A stretch of DNA of 63,044 bases, counting the filler, from Nanobdellati archaeon (GTDB lineage: Archaea > Nanobdellota > Nanobdellia > Woesearchaeales > JAADFO01): assembly GCA_013152815.1 (NCBI GenBank). It is 8 parts of 8 records of this genome, joined end to end, with 100 filler letters (N's around TTAATTAATTAA, not from the genome) between each part and the next. Parts side by side here need not be neighbours in the genome. Positions count along the whole stretch, not along the records: positions 57,737 to 63,044 come from JAADFO010000031.1; 7 more parts are not named here. One strand, given 5' to 3'. This document shows positions 57,737 to 63,044 of the stretch, one piece after another (positions within the stretch are counted from its first letter, which is position 1; each line of letters begins with the position of its first letter). The position numbers and the translations under genes are program-made. The notes under the pieces are model-generated. The model had not been told where the DNA came from, did no database searches, and worked only from the letters and a program-made list of their open reading frames with translations.

Positions 57737-59190
57737 ACCGCACCCTCAACAGGCGAAGCGACATCCACAAACACCGGACTCGAATAATCCACCAATACAG
57801 AGACATCAGCAGAAGAGACCGAATGGACCCTGTCGTTCACCGTGAAATGATAGTCGATCTGCTGACCGTCATAGGGACCGAGGTCTTCAACAAACTCGCA
57901 GGATCCGCGCGTGCCGGCAGCGCAATCCGGCGGACTTTTGGTGTCTGTCTGATAGCCTGTCATCGTGTTGCCGTAGGTCAGGATGATGGACTGCAGCTGG
58001 GTCTCCTGATAATCGATGCTGAACAGGCCGTTGGCATAGGCATTCTTCTTGGGAAAGGTCTTCGATATCCGGGGGGCCTTGCTGTCCACCTCGAAGATGA
58101 TGCTCCGGTTCACCCGATGGATGCCGTCTATGGTATAGACGATGAGATCATGGATGCCGTCGCGGTAGGATTGGATACGGTCGTAGGAATCACAGTTGGT
58201 GCAGAGCCTTTTTGCACGTCCGCCGTCGAGTATCTGCCAGAGTTCGTCCACCTGTCCGACAAGCTCGACTTCCAGGTCCATCCTGCCTGCACCGTAGATC
58301 CTGTTGTTGATGGGAGAGAATATCTTGATGGGCTCGGCAAGGTAGCTTGCGTTGATGGTTGCATAGGCAGGGTCTGTGGTGGTTGTCGCGATGGCGTCAG
58401 CCAGCGTGAAATAGTATTCGATCGTGGTCCCCTGCGGATAGGAGGCGAGGTTGACCTGATTGGTGCAGGAGACATCCCTTCCGCCGGGACAGCCGGTAAA
58501 AGACTGGTCAGTGAAGCCAGAGGAGCTCGATGCACGATAGTGGAGGATCAGGTCCTCGACATTGTTCTCATCGTAGAACAGGGTGAAATCTTCGCCAGAG
58601 GAACCGGCAAGATAGCCGCCGTCCCGTGGTGCGAACCCGTCGATGACAGGCGGCTTTCGGTCGACGATGAACCTTCGGAAATTGCGGTTCACGTTGCCTG
58701 CGTAATCCGTCGCCTTGACCTCGAGGTCGTAGACGTCGTCTCCCAGGTTCCGAAGGCTCCTCGAGCCATGCTGACAGGAGGTGCAGAGGAGGGAATATCT
58801 CCTTCCGTCGAGGGAATAATAGATGCTTGCGGCCGGTTCGTCGACATCGACATCCAGGTCGATGGCGCCGTTTCCCGAGACCTCTCCTTCGGCAGGGCTG
58901 TTGATGATGATGGTAGGAGGGGTCACATCGATGGTGGCATTGGCGCCGCTACAGTCGTTGGGCGTGCAGAGCGGGGTCTCGAAACATTCGAAGATGGTGC
59001 ATTGGGAGAAGTCACAGGTCGATTTGCATCCTCCTCTTGCTGTGGTCTCACAGGTCCAGCATCCGCCGCCGGCTGCTGTCGTGGAGTCGGCCATGACGAT
59101 GACGAAGAATATGCTGAAGAGCATCAGGGCGAAGAGAAAGATGCCCTGGAGATAATGAGCGTAATTGATCTTCTTGGAATCGGTTTTCAT
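57737..59190 (-). CDS. Secreted/anchored Ig-like repeat protein with Cys-rich N-terminus, 3'-truncated
   Basis: N-terminal TM/signal segment; DVTPPTIIINSP, DG.Y.L.V.A.D.AGN; duplicated units (LCTSC/LCTNC; C.GG...SC...LASY/LGPY...I.Y.FT). Confidence 0.8.
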
Positions 59191-59661
59191 GATGAGCACC
59201 TCGTTGGAATGTCTTGTCCTGCCTCTTGTTCAATATCTTCCTGTCTGTCTTATATACACCAATATACACCAATACACAACATGATATGAATATGGCGTGG
59301 TGGCGTGTTCTGCCGATGGGGAAAAGGCGCTTAGGCGCCTTCCAGGAGCAGGGTCAGAGTCTCATGGCCCAGAGGGATGTCCCTCTGGCAGTTGGCAGTA
59401 CAGCCCGCCATCTGATCCCTCTCCCGAAAGGTTTCCCCCCAAATCAGGTCATGTCCATGCTCCGGCAGATTCTGCTACCTAGAGCACCTCCTTGACATAC
59501 CTATCCTGGAGTGATGAAATCTTTAAATACATTATCATGGTCGAATTGTCATGTCCGATGACCGAAATTGTCGTCGATGGGAGTCACCTGTTCTCGGATA
59601 CGAAAAGGACAAGGATGCTGTCGTCCCATCTGTTCGATGAATGTCATCTGTCTGCATCTCG

Positions 59662-59683
59662 GAAAAGAAAAAAAAGAAAAAAG
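59662..59683 (-). terminator. Archaeal T-rich terminator after the 363-aa secreted gene
   Basis: The minus strand reads CTTTTTTCTTTTTTTTCTTTTC just downstream of the stop. Confidence 0.55.
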
Positions 59684-59696
59684 TAAGGCCGAAGCC

Positions 59697-60788
59697 TTAG
59701 ATGGCAGTTCCCCAGAAGTACAGGGAACCATCGTTGAAGTCGCCGTTGCAGGGCTCAGGAAGAGCCAGCCTGAAGGTCAGGGCGATCTCAGCACCCGGAG
59801 AGAGCACGTTGCCTGCCCAGAACTCCTTGCCGTTGAGCTTGATCTTACCATCCTTCTCGATGATAGGAGCTCGTGCATCGGGGTCAGCGACCTCGTAGGG
59901 GATGTTGAAGTATCCCTCGTCGTCGCCGTCCTGTCCTACGGTATTGGTCCTTCCTGCGACATTGGTGTTGGTCTTGTGGGCTCCGTTGGTCGCATAGTAT
60001 GCGAAGTTCTCCAGACCGAGCACGTTGCTGGTCGGGCACTTGGCGCCGCTGGAGGTCGGATCATAGAAGTCCGTCCCAGAGATGGCCATGTTGAGGAGCA
60101 CTCCTGAGCCGTCGTCGGCGCTGTTCTGGATGAGCAGCGTGTCAGAGTAGCTGTTGGTGCCGGGTCTGACGGTTCCGAAGTTCACGTCGCCGATCACGGT
60201 GACCGCCACAGCGGGGTTGAGAAAGAAATACTGGTTCTCGTCCACCGAACCGGTCAGGCCGTCGAGGTCTTCCACGACAAAGCTGAGGAAGTACTCGCCG
60301 TACATGCTCTGGGGCGTCTCGACGGTGAAGGTGCACATGTAGACCCTCATGTCGTTGGGGTCGTAGGTGTTGATGCGCTCTTCGCCGATCCTTGCGTTGT
60401 AGTTGTCAGGGTCGGTATCGAACTGGTCACCATGCTCGTCGCAGTTGACCTGGATGTCGAAATCTCCTGAGTCCTGTCCAGGAGGGACGCTCAGGCCGCC
60501 GTAGATGTCCTTGACCTTCTCGATGCCGTTCTTGTCCATGACCAGGACCGGGCACTTGATCTGCTCGCCCTCGAAGGCATAGTTCTCGACACGCTCGACA
60601 AGTTCCTGTCCGCCGTCGGCGGCGTTGTGGTATACCTTACAGCCATCCTGGTGCAGCCAGATGAGCGGTGCGAAATCCTCAGTCTCTATCGTGATACCGA
60701 TATCGGAACCCACGACAGGAGTGAAGGCAAAAGCTCCTGACAGAACGGTCAGCATAGCTACGAAAACTGCTATAATTTTTGCTTTCAT
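59697..60788 (-). CDS. Secreted protein of unknown function (candidate fibre or surface-layer subunit), paralogue A
   Basis: Signal peptide ending AFA; ERVENYAFEGEQI; VNFGTVRPG; ends LPEPCNGDFNDGSLYFWGTAI; GAGGGG RBS; strongly C/G-ending codons. Confidence 0.85.
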   Translation of the reverse strand: MKAKIIAVFVAMLTVLSGAFAFTPVVGSDIGITIETEDFAPLIWLHQDGCKVYHNAADGGQELVERVENYAFEGEQIKCPVLVMDKNGIEKVKDIYGGLSVPPGQDSGDFDIQVNCDEHGDQFDTDPDNYNARIGEERINTYDPNDMRVYMCTFTVETPQSMYGEYFLSFVVEDLDGLTGSVDENQYFFLNPAVAVTVIGDVNFGTVRPGTNSYSDTLLIQNSADDGSGVLLNMAISGTDFYDPTSSGAKCPTSNVLGLENFAYYATNGAHKTNTNVAGRTNTVGQDGDDEGYFNIPYEVADPDARAPIIEKDGKIKLNGKEFWAGNVLSPGAEIALTFRLALPEPCNGDFNDGSLYFWGTAI

Positions 60789-60789
60789 G

Positions 60790-61190
60790 CGTTTTCCCCT
60801 CTATATGTTTGTTACCGGACCTCGGCCGTGACAGCCTTGCCGGTCCATGGTAGCCATAGCGCTACAATCTCTCTTGATACCTGTCCTCACTAACGTGAGG
60901 TGTGCATCCTCATCCTTCCGTCAGATGCAGTTTGCAGCAGGTGTGCTGCGTCACTTGGGTGACGGTGATGTACTGAAGTGACGGAGAGGGTCGGCAAGGA
61001 TAGGGCTCTGCCTAGCCAGGTTAGTCTCCAGGTCGGCCGTATCGCGGAGAGCAGGAGCATGGAAGGTCATGCTCTGCATGTTCCGCAGGCGTCCTTTTCT
61101 TCCCCCGAGTTGATGGTACAACAACCTCTCAGCTATCATCCCGACGAGGACATTGGTTTGTCATCTACAGATAACACCAAGAGGTGACCA
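60790..61190 (-). ncRNA. Candidate long structured 5' leader / ncRNA upstream of paralogue A
   Basis: About 400 nt with no credible ORF and many inverted repeats; TTTATA box on the minus strand at about 61207-61212. Confidence 0.4.
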
Positions 61191-61498
61191 TTGGGAAGTT
61201 ACAAAGAATATAAATAGATTATTGCAGTTCAACAGTGGTGATAAATGACAGAAAATCTGGCAGAAAAAGGTCACCTGTCGATAGATACGAATCGTCATCC
61301 TGAGAAGTCGTCACAATCGATTGATGACAATCAGCGATTGTCAGGGCCGTTCTGCGACCCTGACACACCCGTGGCGATGATGCACAGGACCTCGCTAGAG
61401 GTCACCTGACATGGTTTCTGTGCAACATCCTTATTCTGTATGCATTGTATGAACATATATGAGCTGGAAAACAATGAAAAAAAAACAAAAGACGGTAC

Positions 61499-62947
61499 TT
61501 AGATGGCTGTCCCCCAGAAGTACAGGGAACCGTCGCTGAAGTCGCCGTTGCAGGGCTCAGGAAGGTCGAGCCTGAAGGTCAGGGCGATCTCAGCACCCGG
61601 AGAGAGCACGTTGCCTGCCTCGTAGGGCTTGCCTGCAAGATCGACGATGCCTGCTCCTGAGATGATGGGCAGCCTGTCTGAAGGATCAGACACCTCATAG
61701 GGGATGTTGAAGTATCCCTCACCGTCTCCCCGCGGAGCGACCGACGTGGTCCGATAGGCTCCGTTGCTCGCATGATACCTGAACCGGTCCAGGGTCAGGA
61801 CATTGCTCGTGGGGCACTTGGCGCCGCTGGAGGTCGGATCATAGAAGTCCGACCCGGAGATGGCCATGTCCAGGAGCACTCCTGAACCAGATGCAGCCGT
61901 GTTCTCGATGAGCAGCGTGTCAGAGTAGCTGCTGGTACCAGGTCGGACGGTTCCGAAGTCCACGCTTCCGGTGACGGTCACCGACACTTCTGGATTGAGG
62001 TACCACCACTGCTTCTCCTTGGCGTTGGCCAGGAGGCCGTCGAGGTCTTCCACCTCAGCAGCGACCCAGTATTCTCCTTCCATGGAGTTCGGCGTCTCGA
62101 CCGTGAAGGTGCAGACATATCGGGCCATGGTGTCAGGATTCCAGGTGAGCTCCTCTTCTAGTTCGCGAGCGTTGAAGTCAGCGAAGGAACAGGCACCCCT
62201 ATCATCAACTGTCTTGTGGAACATGCCCCGGCGGTCGCAGTTCGCCTCGATGAGACCGTCGCCGGCCTGCTGGCCGAAATCGCTGAGCGTGACATAGACA
62301 TCCTTGATCTTCTCGATGCCGTTCTTGTCCCAGACCATGACCTCTGTCTGTATCTGCTCGCCCTCGAAGGCATAGTTCTCCACGCGCTCGGACAGGATGC
62401 TGTGACCGTCGGCATTATTGTGGAAGACCTTGCCATGGGGGCACATGAAGATCCTCGGCTTGAAATGTTCTGTCTCTGACATGATGCCCACACCCAGGCC
62501 GACGGCGTAGTTGCCGCTGCCAGAGACTGTGACAGAACTCTCTGAATTGTCTGAAGGACTGGTGCATTGCCGGTCGTCCATGTCCACAAACCCGTCCCGG
62601 TCATTATCATAGAGGTCGGAGCATTGCGGATGGCTCAGCAGCGTGATATCGGCATGGGTCGTCTGCCGGGTCATGTTGAGCTGCACATTCATCTGGTTCC
62701 ATTTGGTGTTGCGCTGCACGAAGACCGTCGCATAGCTTGTCGATGTCAGGTTGAAATCGACACTGTACTGACCGATGACAGAGGTCGATGTCAGGAAAGT
62801 GGAAGAACCATAGGTGATCTTTACCGTCGCTCCGTTCACTGGATTGCCAGACCCATCATCGGTCACCACACCCGTGAGGGTATGGGCAGAGACCGTGAAG
62901 GCCAGCAGCAGCAAGAAGAGCCCATAGACGCCAATAGTCTTTTTCAT
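61499..62947 (-). CDS. Secreted paralogue B with extra N-terminal carboxypeptidase-regulatory-like and Cys/Asp Ca-binding modules
   Basis: GGAGG before ATG 62947; LTGVVTD...PVNGATVKI; QCSDLYDNDRDGFVDMDDRQC; C-terminal ~330 aa homologous to paralogue A. Confidence 0.85.
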   Translation of the reverse strand: MKKTIGVYGLFLLLLAFTVSAHTLTGVVTDDGSGNPVNGATVKITYGSSTFLTSTSVIGQYSVDFNLTSTSYATVFVQRNTKWNQMNVQLNMTRQTTHADITLLSHPQCSDLYDNDRDGFVDMDDRQCTSPSDNSESSVTVSGSGNYAVGLGVGIMSETEHFKPRIFMCPHGKVFHNNADGHSILSERVENYAFEGEQIQTEVMVWDKNGIEKIKDVYVTLSDFGQQAGDGLIEANCDRRGMFHKTVDDRGACSFADFNARELEEELTWNPDTMARYVCTFTVETPNSMEGEYWVAAEVEDLDGLLANAKEKQWWYLNPEVSVTVTGSVDFGTVRPGTSSYSDTLLIENTAASGSGVLLDMAISGSDFYDPTSSGAKCPTSNVLTLDRFRYHASNGAYRTTSVAPRGDGEGYFNIPYEVSDPSDRLPIISGAGIVDLAGKPYEAGNVLSPGAEIALTFRLDLPEPCNGDFSDGSLYFWGTAI

Positions 62948-63044
62948 AGGGATTGCCTCCTTTATCATAGTACACAGGTCTATCACCTCCTGGTGCTACA
63001 GAGACATGATTATCGATGATTGCGATGCTGTTTCTGTCTTTGTC

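Noticed and set aside
57823..59289. Long antisense ORFs (488 aa here; also 8666-9778, 25019-25876, 53129-54001 and others)
   Set aside because: Shadows of real genes on the opposite strand produced by codon bias; no motifs or RBS.
61000..61090. CAGG...AGCAG and GGAAGG resembling SRP RNA helix 8
   Set aside because: Spacing and pairing do not fit the SRP consensus; kept only as an unclassified structured region.
1..63044. CRISPR array, cas genes, tRNA, rRNA, integrase, transposase, reverse transcriptase
   Set aside because: No repeat-spacer periodicity or diagnostic motifs were found by eye. A covariance-model scan could still reveal divergent RNAs.

Overview
The window is not one locus. It is eight assembly contigs joined by seven artificial 100-nt spacers (N-run + TTAATTAATTAA + N-run): 1-8479, 8580-16459, 16560-24495, 24596-32192, 32293-39880, 39981-52142, 52243-57636 and 57737-63044. 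Most contigs look archaeal: gatD-gatE, TATA-type promoters, a long Lrp/AsnC protein and large Ig/LamG surface proteins. A DPANN (Woesearchaeota-like) bin is my inference. Contigs 1-2 carry surface-glycan genes (CDP-3,6-dideoxyhexose rfbF/J/G/H, GDP-heptose hddA/hddC, gmd-like, glycosyltransferases) plus hpt. Contig 3 encodes a >2,100-aa mosaic surface protein followed by a membrane-anchored three-Ig-domain protein. Contig 4 has slyD, gatD and an unusually short gatE. Contig 5 is virus-like: about 20 short co-directional ORFs with strong AAGGAGG sites, a MYG1-family DHH protein, a nucleotidyltransferase, an HEXXH peptidase and recurring hairpin leaders. Contig 6 is a cluster of large secreted modular carbohydrate-active enzymes. 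Contig 7 has cystathionine beta-synthase/cysteine synthase, cystathionine gamma-lyase, cysS and a RelE-type toxin-antitoxin pair. Contig 8 has two paralogous secreted proteins separated by a long structured leader. The best candidate for an undescribed system is a WxL/chaperone-like surface-fibre assembly system: the giant adhesin and both contig-8 paralogues share a C-terminal 'VNFG...AL.(L/F)RL..P...G...SL.F' module, and a PapD/DUF916-like anchored protein is translationally coupled to the adhesin. All family calls are by motif recognition only; no searches were run.
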